48,994 bases of DNA, taken from NCBI RefSeq assembly GCF_000485595.1, contig NW_014577088.1, positions 1,181,391 through 1,230,384 of the forward strand. The letters are read 5' to 3'. Each line of letters begins with the position of its first letter. Within the stretch, counting starts at the first letter, position 1. Source of the stretch: Priapulus caudatus. Its lineage: Eukaryota. Of the stretch, positions 11,768-23,192 are shown one piece after another. Both the position numbers and the translations under genes were made by a program. The notes beneath the pieces were generated by a model, which saw only the letters and a program-made list of their open reading frames with translations, was not told the origin of the DNA and did no database searches.

Positions 11768-11828
11768 GATATAACTACAGACTAGGCATTCGTCAGCATA
11801 CCTTTTTTGAAAATTTAGAAACACTCAC

Positions 11829-12305
11829 GAAATTGGGAATTCTCGGAATTAGGAAAGCGTTGCCTCGATATTTTATATTGAACGCTATTTCCGTTGATGC
11901 AGGCAACAGCTGTTCAGCTGCCAAAAATATAGCAGTATGTTGGTATGTGACTGTAGTCGATCAAATACGTAAAACATCTATAGCTTAAATAACTACACCA
12001 AAATCTCGTGTCTACACAAAATATAACAGAACTTTAATCAACATGAAGGCAAGACAACAACGATGACCCAATAGATTGATGCTCCATGCATTAACATATC
12101 TTGACAGTCAGTGCATGTTAAAAACGATATTATACACCAGAGACAATCTTGGCTGGTAAATATGAACTGAAAATATGCTTACTTTATGTTTGTTTCTCAT
12201 GTAGGCAGCCATGCACAATACAACTTCCCCGCCCAACGAAATTCCTTTAGCACCTACTCCATGTGGAATAACCCTTGGATGACTACTGAACCAGTCAACG
12301 GCTTC
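11829..12305 (-). pseudogene. ACOT paralog B exons 4-5
   Basis: Exon 12305-12183 reads EAVDWFSSHPRVIPHGVGAKGISLGGEVVLCMAAYMRNKHK. Exon about 11917-11829 has indels relative to 48601-48507. Confidence 0.8.
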
Positions 12306-12773
12306 CTACAATGAGAGACGCATAACCTAAGCAGGCGGTAGGCCTATATATGTTGCCATTAGCACCACACATCACATATAAACGTGATGAAGTGCTGCAA
12401 CAGCCATTCACGTATCCTACTAATTCAGCTATTCGGCATTCAGGTGTTAAGAATTAGACGCAGGACACATATATATATGACTGTTAAACAGGGTCGGCGA
12501 AAGAGACCATGGGATATACTACACTAGAGTAGACTAAGAGACTATAGTATCTACAACGTGTAAGGGGTGACGGATAGACATTGGTATTTATGAATTCAAT
12601 AGGCAGCATGACGCTCCAACATCCCTCAAAATATTCTAAATGGATTTCTCCTAAATTGTGTGCGTGTGTGCGTGAGTATATTTAACATGAGTGTCTTATT
12701 TTCTACATGCTTCGAAAAGTTACAAATTATTCTTAGTTCACTGTTTAAGCGGCGTCATGTCAAGGTTTAATGG

Positions 12774-13779
12774 CTAGGGGGTCGCATCTAGAGGCTGCTT
12801 CAAATGCTTCAAGAAGAAACTTTGGATCCTCTTCCAGCTGTCTTCCTGAGCAAAACTGTGAGCTTGCACCTCTCCACCCCAAGCCATGTGAAGACCTGTA
12901 GCAAACCAAGAAAATAACTGACAGTGCTATTCTGCACAACTACTAATTCATAACACCACTAATAATCAGCAAGTCACTCAGTAACATTACTTTGATACCA
13001 TCAAGAGCTAATAATACCTAAGGTATCATTAGCTCTTCATACCATATCACTAGTTGGAATCAACAGAAACTCACCGCGGGTTGCATGATATGAAGCTTTA
13101 CATAGAGGAGAGTATGGAGGCTCGACCAGATGTCCAGCTCCGGGATACACGCACATCTCGTGGTTATGCTTTCCGTAAAGTAGCATCCTCTTAGTGACAG
13201 CTTCTGCCTCCTTCATGCCCATAATAGCCTTGTCGTCTCCCGAAAATATAAAGAGGATCTGTGCCGGTGCGAGCTCCAACTGTTGATTGGATATGAAGAG
13301 TAAGCCTTCACATCAGATGAAAATTAAAACGCCTTCATGCAAACTATGACTAGACTTCATTCTACCTTGACTAGTAATAATGAATATAAACTTTGGACTC
13401 AAACTATCAGAGCCACCCAATTCTTGTATTTTGCAAGCTATAGAACGTTTGTTAGCTAGTGATATCTCGTTTCTCACAAGATGGACTCATTATCGCAGAG
13501 CCAGTCGGGTGCACTCATAGAAATAATACAGACAGGTGTCTCTATATATTTCCAAGGGTGGACCCATAGAAATATATAGAGACATGTATTGTTGCTATGG
13601 GTGCACCACAGAGTCACGTTTAGTAACAGCCCAACTCCCCCATCCGTCAAATCGCATGTGACCCACGCAGTAGCTTAAACTGTATATAACCTACAGCTAT
13701 CAGCTGGTCAGCATGAAAGTCCTGCCGGTGTACAGCAAATGATACGCCCTCTGTGTGATGAATGAGTTCGTCTTCGCTC
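12774..13779 (-). pseudogene. ACOT paralog B exons 6-8 (open frames but detached from upstream exons)
   Basis: Exons 13779-13695, 13279-13075 (SGDD, YPGAGHLVEPPY) and 12895-12774 ([27 protein letters not shown]...DATP*). Confidence 0.8.
13508..13607. repeat. About 100-bp near-perfect palindrome in ACOT intron 6 (second copy 47777-47876)
   Basis: GGTGCACTCATAGAAATAATA...TGTCTCTATATATTTC / GAAATATATAGAGACA...TATTGTTGCTATGGGTGCACC. Confidence 0.8.
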
Positions 13780-13873
13780 CTTTAAAATCCAGCAAATTTG
13801 ACAGTTAGATATATACCTCATATATACTACACACTATTGTGGATTGCATGATAATCATCGAGCTGATTTTACA

Positions 13874-14276
13874 ATGACTACATAACACATAGAATCGTAA
13901 CCGAATAGACAGTAACCTCGTACCGTAAGACGTGGATCGCGAAGTAGCTCGGCAGGGTGATGGTGGAAGGTAGGAGGTAGGCGGGAAGGTGGCAAGGAGG
14001 AGTATAGAAGGAATAGGATCAGGAGCGCGGGAAACCTGGACCGTTCTGCGGAAGAGATGAGAGCTGAGTTGTTACCTAGGGAATAACCATGGCAGATCGG
14101 CCCCTGAGTCATTAGTGTACTCGGAGGCTAAGGGCGTGGTGTAGTGTGATTACTTGCGGCGTTTCTATTATTATTTAACACTTGGGGCGAAGAGGTGTGT
14201 TGTTTCTAGTGATTGCATTTGGGGAATAGTGTGAGGCGATATATTTACTCTCTGGCGGAGCGTGCGCTATCCTACA
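13874..14276 (-). mobile_element. Gypsy 5' LTR first part, inverted (its left flank continues to 14405)
   Basis: Reverse complement of 7946-8348. The segment 14277-14405 is the reverse complement of about 7815-7945. Confidence 0.85.
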
Positions 14277-14415
14277 CTACTTACATACCAATCCAACCAG
14301 GGCCGTAGGCTGAGCAAATCCTGGGGGGGGGGCAATATTTCATGACTCGTTGTGTAATGATGAGTGACATGCGCAGCTCTTGTGCGACGTCGACATTGTT
14401 TAGGGNNNNNNNNNN

Positions 14416-15965
14416 CCACATTCAACAAACATTAGTTCCAGAGACCACCATTTTCAGGTCTGAGTTAGTTCCATAAAGCCCCCCCCCCCATTTTTAACTT
14501 CGCAGTGGCACATACCAGATATACCTACCATAATGTGGGGTGAGTCCCCCCCCGGGGTTTCATCTCCTTGGTATATGTTGCTCCTTGGTTCCTGCACAAT
14601 TTTTTTGTCAGCAATTTGAGGGCTTTGATTAGCTAAACTCTGAGAGCTTCCCCGGACCCCTGCCAGGGGCACTAAGGCGGGCCCCTGGGGCTGGATTCAT
14701 CAACGTTGCGCAAAGTGTATTGCGTACACAGAGTTTCTACGAAGTACGTACGCAAAGCTCGTAGGTGCGATTCATCAACGCAGCGTAGCACCTCCTCATT
14801 TTCGTTTGTATGATTGTGTTCAACACTCGATGAAAGCAGCGACACGTACGCGTGCGTGCGTGCGTGTGCACGTACACGTGCGTGCGTGCGTGTGTGTGCA
14901 CATACACGTGCGTGCGTGTGCACGTACACGTGCGTGCTTGCGTACGTACACGGGCGTGCGTGCGTGCGTGTGTACGTACACGTGCGTGCTTGTGTGCACG
15001 TACAAGTGCGTGCGTGTGCACGTACAAGTGCGCACGGCGTGTGCACGTACACGGCTAACTACGAACTCGCTTATAACGAAAACAATGCCAAGCTATGACA
15101 AAAAAAGCGTCAAAGGCGCCGCCTGTCTGTGTAGTATGGTAATTATTTATCTTATTTTTAGTTGAGTAGTAATTTTATAATTTTTCTCCAATAAAATAAT
15201 GCATGCTGCGGTATGCTGGGAACACCTGTGCAAATTTCGAGTGGTTTACGGCACCTCGTCAGCTCGTGTAAAGTTACGCAAAGTTTACGTAAATTTTAGC
15301 TTGATGAATTGCACCTAAATGGCCTCGCTTGCGTACGCGAAATCGTACGAAAATTACTAAATAGCTGTGTTGATGAATCGCAACTAAGCAACGTCGATTG
15401 CGTACACAATATTTACGAAAAATATTTTGCGTACGCAGCTTGATGAATCATGAATCTACCCCCTGGACCCCACTCGACAGTGCAAGCGCACACGGTATCA
15501 GAGTCTACAGTTCTCACGGGCGTGTACAGGGGGGGTCAGGGGTCCGGACCCTCCCTACTTGCGCAGAAAACGGATCTGAGGGGTCTAATTTAAAAAAAAA
15601 TCCGTGATCTCTACACGGCCCTGGTTTCGCCCCTCCTAAGAAAATACCCTGGCGCCGTCCCTGGTTATATATATATATATCTGACGTTGTACATAATTAT
15701 AGAGAATGAAAGAACCTCGCTCATTAGTTGCATCGTGCAGCGAAAAGATACTATAGAGCTATTGTTTTGCTTGTTAGAGCGATTATTGCTAAAGCTTAAT
15801 ATACTATATTTATTTATAAATTTATTGCACTTTCACCTATAATATTATTTTCTTCACTGAATAGTGAGAACAAGATATGGTGTAGGGGACGCGGATGAGA
15901 TAATGCAGCCAACCCACATTAATTATAATTAAATATTTCATTGGCGCTCATGTAGAAAATGTGGT
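14416..15965 (-). repeat. Inverted duplicate of about 9475-11030
   Basis: Same MITEs and intron sequence in reverse complement, differing mostly by small indels. Confidence 0.9.
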
Positions 15966-15967
15966 TA

Positions 15968-16148
15968 TATGTAGTATCGTAGGATTGTGTTTGATTAGGC
16001 TGAAATAGACGAACGAAGAGTAGTTTTCATAATACTGTGTTTCTGTTATCTATCGACGCAACCTAACACTACCCTTAAAACGGGTGCCACTACGGCACCT
16101 GCTAAACCGAGAACCTGGAAACGGGAAGCTGCAAAAGCCTTCTTTAGA
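15968..16148 (+). mobile_element. Gypsy 5' LTR, last about 180 bp
   Basis: TATGTAGTATCGTAGG...AAGCCTTCTTTAGA matches the end of LTR 35272-35856 and is directly followed by the PBS. Confidence 0.85.
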
Positions 16149-16149
16149 C

Positions 16150-16224
16150 TGGTGCCGTGACCAGGATTCGAACCTGGGTTATTGCGGACACAACGCAATG
16201 TACTAACCACTATACGATCACGGC
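16150..16224 (-). tRNA. tRNA-His(GTG) full-length copy including CCA (probable retrocopy); its 3' end forms the Gypsy PBS
   Basis: The reverse complement GCCGTGATCGTATAGTGGTTAGTACATTGCGTTGTGTCCGCAATAACCCAGGTTCGAATCCTGGTCACGGCACCA folds into a full cloverleaf with anticodon GTG and intact A and B boxes. Confidence 0.93.
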
Positions 16225-16246
16225 CTTAGACTGGTGCGCGTGACCA
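16225..16246 (+). promoter_or_regulatory. Duplicated LTR end plus second tRNA-His primer-binding site
   Basis: CTTAGACTGGTGCGCGTGACCAG repeats TTAGACTGGTGCCGTGACCAG (16144-16164) with a 1-nt insertion. Confidence 0.8.
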
Positions 16247-17229
16247 GCGGTTTAGGAGGTAGTGGCAATAGGTTGCGTAGATAGCCACGTCTCTAGTGTC
16301 GGTTCTAATATACGTTTTACACTCTAAGCACAAGTTTCGCCGTGATCAGCGTGTCACCTGTCAGCTGCCACCGAGTCACCATTGAGTCAACGACCGGGAC
16401 ATCGTACAGTCTCGTCTCCAACATTATTACGTAAGTGCGAATTGTTTTTACACCAAGGTATGCTCAAACTATTCTCTTTAATAGCCTTTTCATAGCTAAA
16501 TTATCTTCGTTTACACGCTTTTTAAGCGTTTTCGCTTTCTAAATTTGTTGGTGCGCGCTATAAATAGCAGCCACCATGTCGCTAGGTGTAATCGCACATA
16601 GCGATTGCCGCTCTTTCTGCCCCTCACCGATTTTTCCCACGTCTACATCCGCCTAGTACACAATCACACGCGTCACGTACCCCCTGTCCCCACACCTTGT
16701 TACATTCTTGTGTTTTTCTCTGTCTTTCGCTGTTTTCCTCGTTTAACCAACGCCCTAAAACCAATTACTTACGCCACGCACGACCAATAGCCCCCCTATC
16801 CATGCACGTATGTGCTACCATTACGTAGCAGCAGCCGCATTTTCTCATAGGAGATCAATACCCACAGCTGCTATACTATACTATACTATACTATACTATG
16901 CTCATAGCATTACGTAGGCCCTCGCACGCCACCAACACGGCCGGCCGCCGGCGGTGAATGAGCAGAATCCCTTCTGCGCCTGCGCGCTGCACATGCGCTG
17001 AGACGTCGACTTCAGCCGCATGCTCGAATAGCCGACCAATACACGCGCTTGCGCGCGGCACATGCGCCGTGACGTCCACCTCAGCCGTATTTTTCTCGCA
17101 TACCCGACCAATACACGCGCCTGCGCGTGACGCTCTTCACTCGCATACATAAGTCATCCCAACGCACACACATACAGACGTCACTCTCTGTGCATGCGCC
17201 ACGCAGCACACTTGGCAGTCTAGCAGCCA

Positions 17230-17630
17230 AGTAAACCCCCCTTCACATCCCATATCTCCACCCCTGCCCCTCTCATAACCCCACCCCCCAAAAAAACCAA
17301 CCCCTTACCCACATAACTCGAAGCCTCCTAACTCCCCCCCATAACTCCCCCCCAACTCCTACACCCCCATAACTTGTACCCCCCAACTCGTAACACCCCC
17401 CATAACTCAAACCTTCCCCCTAACTCCCCCCAACTCGTACACCCCCGTAACTTGTACCCCCCCAAACTTGTACCCCCTAACTCGTACCCCCCTCCCTTCC
17501 CCCCAGCTCGTACCACCTCCCAACTCGTAACCACCATTCCAAACGCACCCACCCTAACTCGTACCCCCCAACTTGTACCCTCCCATCATACCCCCCAACT
17601 CGTAACCCCCTCCGCAACGTACCCCCCACT
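17230..17630 (+). repeat. C-rich degenerate tandem repeat (CCCCCCAACTCGTA-like) in the Gypsy leader
   Basis: Roughly 14-16-nt units visible directly upstream of gag. Confidence 0.85.
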
Positions 17631-18765
17631 ATGACGACGGGGACCTTCCCACCCGTTGGACGCCCGTCCTTTCACGGCGGACACGTCTCTTGACGATACA
17701 GACGATCACATTGCTTTTCCAAAGCAGCGGCTCAACGCACTCGTCAAGGAAGTCCAGAGCTTACTCTTAGTGAGTGGCTTTCTCGCGTATGATGGGCGTG
17801 ACAATTCACCAGTTACCTTCGAACAATGGCTTTTGAATCTCGATCGCTTACTCCTGATCATTGATGAGAGTGACGACGGCAGACAGGCCAGACTGGCCTT
17901 GTGCTTACTGGCAGGCGAGCCAGCCAATTGCGCAGCACAGGCCTTGAGTGCCACACCCACGCTGGGATGGAAGGGCTTGGCCGCCATTCTCAAAGAGCGC
18001 TACACCGATACGGCAAGTGCGCCTATCACCTTGCAGGAATTTAAGCGTGCTAAGCAATGCTCGCATGAGTCCATACGGGCGTATTCCAAACGCCTCGAAC
18101 ATCATGCGCGCACAGCTTTTGGCGACCTGGCTGAATCCGACATGTCGCTCCAAGCGTGACTCATCGATCAGTTTCTCGACGGCATTACATAGCACTCTTC
18201 GAAGCGCCTGCTCGTGCGCAAGAGGCCGCCCACCTACGCACAGGTAGTGCAACTTGCCTCGCAAGAGGTTGCCTTAGATGTTGAAGGCCGCATGCACTTG
18301 CACATGGTACAGGACCCACTGGATGTTTCAAACGTACCAGTTGCTCCAACAATCGAGCAACAACTGCGCGAGCTGTGCAACATTGTCGTCCAATTCATAA
18401 AGAAGGTGGCGCAACCCCGGCAAGAGCCGCAGCTTCTGCCGCCCCAGGCTCGCCCGCAGTATCAACAGCCTTGTTTTTCGCCACGCCAGTATGTATCCGA
18501 TCGCCCCACTGCTACCGCACGGTCCTATGCTACCCGCCCGTCTTATGCACCGGCTGCATCGGCCGGCTCACAATCGATGCAGCCGCCTCGTTTCCCCAAT
18601 TACCGCGGCGCTACCACACCTTTTGCCTGGACCCCGGAAGGCATCACTATTTGTCATTTTTGTGAGAAGCCTGGCCACTATTGCCGTGAGTGCCGTGCAC
18701 GCCACGAACGCACCGCTCAACGTACCCAGGGAAACGCCCGGCCTCTTTTCAATATGAGACGCTGA
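17631..18765 (+). pseudogene. gag: Gypsy gag with CCHC zinc knuckle
   Basis: YDG...TFEQWL capsid-like start, Q..HESIRAYSKRL, and CHFCEKPGHYCREC. In-frame stops at about 18157 and 18190. Confidence 0.85.
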
Positions 18766-18804
18766 GGAGACCGGCCCAGTTCACTCTGTTTCACCCGCAC
18801 GTAC

Positions 18805-21800
18805 GTGCGTTACACGTTACGCAACGATTCCAGACATCTTGCACCACTCTGCACCTCTGACATAGGAGCAGCACCCGCGGACGCACTTATTGATCAGGGC
18901 GCGATGACTTCCCTCATCAGCGAAACGTTTTGGTTGAAGCTCAAGGCCCGCTATGCGCATTGCGTTAGGGCGAACCACACACAAGTTTTGAAGTCGGCTT
19001 CGGGAGACCACCTATTCGTCCTGGGTCGCGCCACCCTACCCATACATATTACCGGCCCTATCGTTTCACACGCATTCTTCATAGTACGAGGCATCTTGCG
19101 TGATGTCATCTTAGGTTTTGATTTCATGTGAGCGCACAATGTTCAGCTTGATTGTGGCCGCGCCATGCTTACCATAGCTAACGTCGCCGTTCGTCTTAAG
19201 ATAAACAGTGCTGCTGACGACGCTAGTTCTATTTATACCGTCTCGCTGCTCCACCCCTGCACGCTACAGCCCAATACAGTAAAACGTTGTTATGGCCGTT
19301 TCGACACCGGCACGCCCCTCCCACTCATGCGTCCGTATTACTCACTGGTTCGAATGCGCTTCAGCCAGCTCACCCCAATATTTATACGGTCGATACCGTT
19401 ACTACGCCCACCTCCTCCCCCTATGTCCACGTGCCCCTTTTCAATGACACGTCGGCGCCATCACTCTGCCGCGTGGCTCTGCATTGGCCATAGCATGCAA
19501 GGTTACCCCCCACTCACCGATGCCTCACCCCTCGCACATACCCAGCACAAATCGCCCACTGCTAAGGCTGCGACCCCAGCCATGTCACATACTTACCGCT
19601 TGCCCACAAGCCCACGTCAACCACGTCGCAGCGCACAACCACCGCAAGTTACCCGTCGATCTCACTCACCTAACGGGCCAGCATCGCAAATCCATTCAGG
19701 ATCTCATTGAAGCAAACAATGATTTGTTTGCGCTCAATGATGCCGAGCTTGGGCACACGCACCTTGTTAAAATGCACACTGACACGACAACCCATCCATC
19801 GATACGACAGAAACCTTATCGAACTCCATTCAATTATCGCCACGCAATGGATACTCACATCTAGCGGCTATTTGACGCCGGCATTATCACGCCATTGCAA
19901 AGCCAGTGGGGAAGCCCTGCCTTTATCGTTCCGAAACAAGACGACCCTCTCGGCAGAATGGTCATTGACTACATCCGCTTAAACGCCATAACCAAGAAGG
20001 ATGTCTACCCCCTTCCTCGTATCGACGACATTCTAGCTTCATTAGGCAAATTGCACTTCTACTCCACCTTAGATCTTAAATCCGGGTATTTCAAGATACC
20101 AATGGCCCTCGAGGACGTCGTTACGTACGACCAGTCATATTCTTACCTTGTCCTTCCGTTTGGGCTCGCCAACGCCCCTAGCGTTTTCCAAAGACTTTTG
20201 AACATGGTTCTCTCTTACCTTCAGAACAAGTGTGCTATCCCGTACATCAATGACATTATCATCCATTCGCCGAATCTGCAGCAGCACCTTGCCGACATAC
20301 AACAGGTCTTCCACCGGTTACATCAAGCGGATCTTAAACTCAACCCTACTACATGCGTTTTTTTGAAGCAGTCCGTCAAGTATCTGGGACACGTCATCTC
20401 CCCGCACAGTGTTACACCGGACGCAGCCAAAGTTACGGCAATCCAACAGCTCAAACTGCCGGCAAACGTTCGACAAGTCAGATCGTTTCTAGGCATGGCT
20501 AATTACTACCGTGCGCACATTAAATCAATTGCAAATATTGCCATGCCCTTGACCACCCTAACCAAGAAGAATATACACTTCAAATGGACTGACGACGCTG
20601 AGACCGCCTTTCAACAGTTGCAAGCAAAACTCGTCTCAGCGCCTATTCTCGCATATCCCGACACCGACAAACCATACAGGCTGTATACCAATGCTTTGCG
20701 ACTTCGCAGTTGGAGCCGTCCTAGCTCAGGACGATGATGACGGTCACGAGGTCGTCATACAATACATTTCACATCAACTCACCCCCTCGCAGGCACGATG
20801 GGGCATTACACAACGCGAGACATTCGCCATAATCTATGCACTGGACACCCTTCGCCACTATCTTGCTGGCGCTTCCCTCACCATCTACACAGACCATAAG
20901 CCACTCGAGTATTTCCTCACGTCGCCCACATTGAAGAATCCACGCTTGTTACGGTGAGCCACGATTCTCACCAAGTATCAGCCCAAGATACTATACCTCA
21001 AAGGCGCCAGAAACGTTCACGCCGATCAATTGTCCAGAATGGCTGCCGGACACGCTCACGTCAGCCCTGCCGACACACCCGATCCACAGAATCGCCACCT
21101 AACCCAGATCGATGTACGTGCCGACACCCCGGAACACATGCCTCCTTCGTCACCACAACACACCACCGAGGACAACCCTCCCGTAGACGAGCATGTGCCG
21201 CCCCCAACCAACGTCTCACCACCCCCGCCGCCCGCACAAACCACATGCGAGGTAACCGCCCAAGGCCCCATCATAGATACCATATCGCTAGACGCCATTC
21301 ACGCAGAAAAGTATCAGGACGCACACTTGTGTAAGATTCGCGAAATTCTCACCGTGTCCGCTCCAGCACTGAAGGATCTAAAGTCCATCGCATGCTACTT
21401 CATCGATGACGATGACCTCATCTATTACACAGCTGAACCAACACGGCATGAAGACCCCAGTATGCAACTCGTCATCCCACCCAAATATCAACACCTCATT
21501 ACCGCGGCTCATCATCAAGCCGCACATCTCGGTTTCCCTAAAACGTATGCACTCATTCGCAGCCGCTACTACTGGCCAGGAATGTACGCCACCATTCATA
21601 CGTTCTTTCGTAGTTGTGTTGCATGCAACTCCGCCAAGCTCCAACGCATACCGTCTCCACTGGGAGCTGCGCCATTCCCAGATTCGCTGTTCCAGGTAGT
21701 AGCAGTCGACACCTGCCAATATCCCTTGACACCCAGAGGCAATCGCTACATCATTCATTTCCATTGCACTTACACAAGTTGGCCAGAGTGTTTTCCGGTA

Positions 21801-23192
21801 CGGGACAAGTCCGCGCAGACCGTGGGTGACCTCTTGGTCAACGAAATCATCCCTCGACATTCCTGCAGTAAGATCCTACTCTCCGACAACGGCACCGAAT
21901 TTTGCAACCATGTCATGGATGCCCTCACCCACCACTTCGGCATAACGGCAGTCCGCTGCGCCCCCTACCACCCCGCATCCAACGCGGCTTGCGAACGCTT
22001 CCATCGCATTTTAAACTCTATAATCGCCAGCGTCGTTAACCGACAGCAGACTAATTGGGACTTGTTGCTCCCATCTCTGCTTTCAGCGTACCGAGTAAGC
22101 ATTCACGGCACATTGCGACACTCCCCCTTCTATCTGCTGTATGGCAGACAGCCAACGCTTCCACTTGATAACTTGCTCCTACCCCGAAGGAAGACGTATG
22201 ACGACGACCCCATTCAGCAAACTCTCGAACGTTTCCATCAGGCATACGTCCACATTCGCGACGCAACCCGTGACATGCGTGCACAAAATAAATGCCGCTA
22301 TGATCGCCGCGTGCGCGAACAGCATTTCAAAGCCGGAGATCCGGTCTACTACCACGACTCCGTACTTCAACCAAACACCACACGCAAGCTCGCATCGCCC
22401 TGGAAACCCTTTTATACTATAATCAAAATGCTGTCCCAGAAGAAGTGTCTCATTCAACACGAGTCGAGCATGCATCACGTTACAGCACACATTGACAACC
22501 TCCGGGCTGCGCATCCTTCCGCTCACTGGGATAAGCCCCGCGCCACGCCCATGAGGCAACAGCCACTGCGGCAAGCTACGCTCGCGCATCCAGATGCAGC
22601 ACGTGCATCCACACACTCCAGCAACTCACAATCAGATTCTGACAGCGACGACCCTCCCCAGCGCCAATCGGCGTCTGACAGTGATTTCAGCACTACCAGT
22701 CTCATTTCGCTGGCACGTTTCCGCGAAACATCACCTGCCGCACCCACCGGCGATGATTTCTCTGTACAAGGAATCCAGCCAGTGGTGTCCAGCCAGGAAA
22801 CAACCACCTACGAAGTGCATACTACGGGTTCTGCAGGCTCTGTATCCACTGAAACGGCCACGGACACCGAGACCGGTCAGACTGCTCAGACACTGCCCGA
22901 CGACCCAGAGCACTCAAACGTCATGCTCAGGGAGCGTACCACTACGGAACCTCTGTGCACGCCCGCATCGTTGCAACACGTGCCGGTAGTAACCCTATCA
23001 ACGCAATGCATACCGTCGCATTCTCCGAATGACACCACTGCTCAACGGCCGCGTCAGGTAGACGTACCTCACGCCCCGCCCTCAGCACCAACATCCGCCA
23101 ACCCGCGCCTGCAACCACTACACCTGCGCCACCTTTGCATGCAGATATATGTGCAATCGCAAGCCGTCCCCACGCCGCAGAGGCTCGCATGA
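18805..23192 (+). pseudogene. pol: Gypsy pol (protease, RT, RNase H, integrase), disrupted
   Basis: ALIDQGA...ILGFDF protease; LDLKSGYF, PFGLANAPSVFQR and YIND (decayed YxDD) RT; AVGAVLAQ, QRETFAI and YTDHKPL RNase H; H-H-CxxC plus VD...SDNG...ER integrase. Confidence 0.92.

Noticed and set aside
10300..11824. Many overlapping ORFs rich in CV/HT/RA, also at 14.7-15.1, 23.8-24.1, 26.2-26.6, 36.9-37.3 and 46.7-47.0 kb
   Set aside because: They are translations of microsatellites and low-complexity repeats.
16150..16224. Ordinary host tRNA-His gene
   Set aside because: Encoded CCA, exact PBS position, T37 and the duplicated LTR end argue for a retrocopy.
17656..23192. Active or domesticated retroelement
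   Set aside because: Multiple stops and frameshifts, with decayed catalytic motifs (YIND, DQG).
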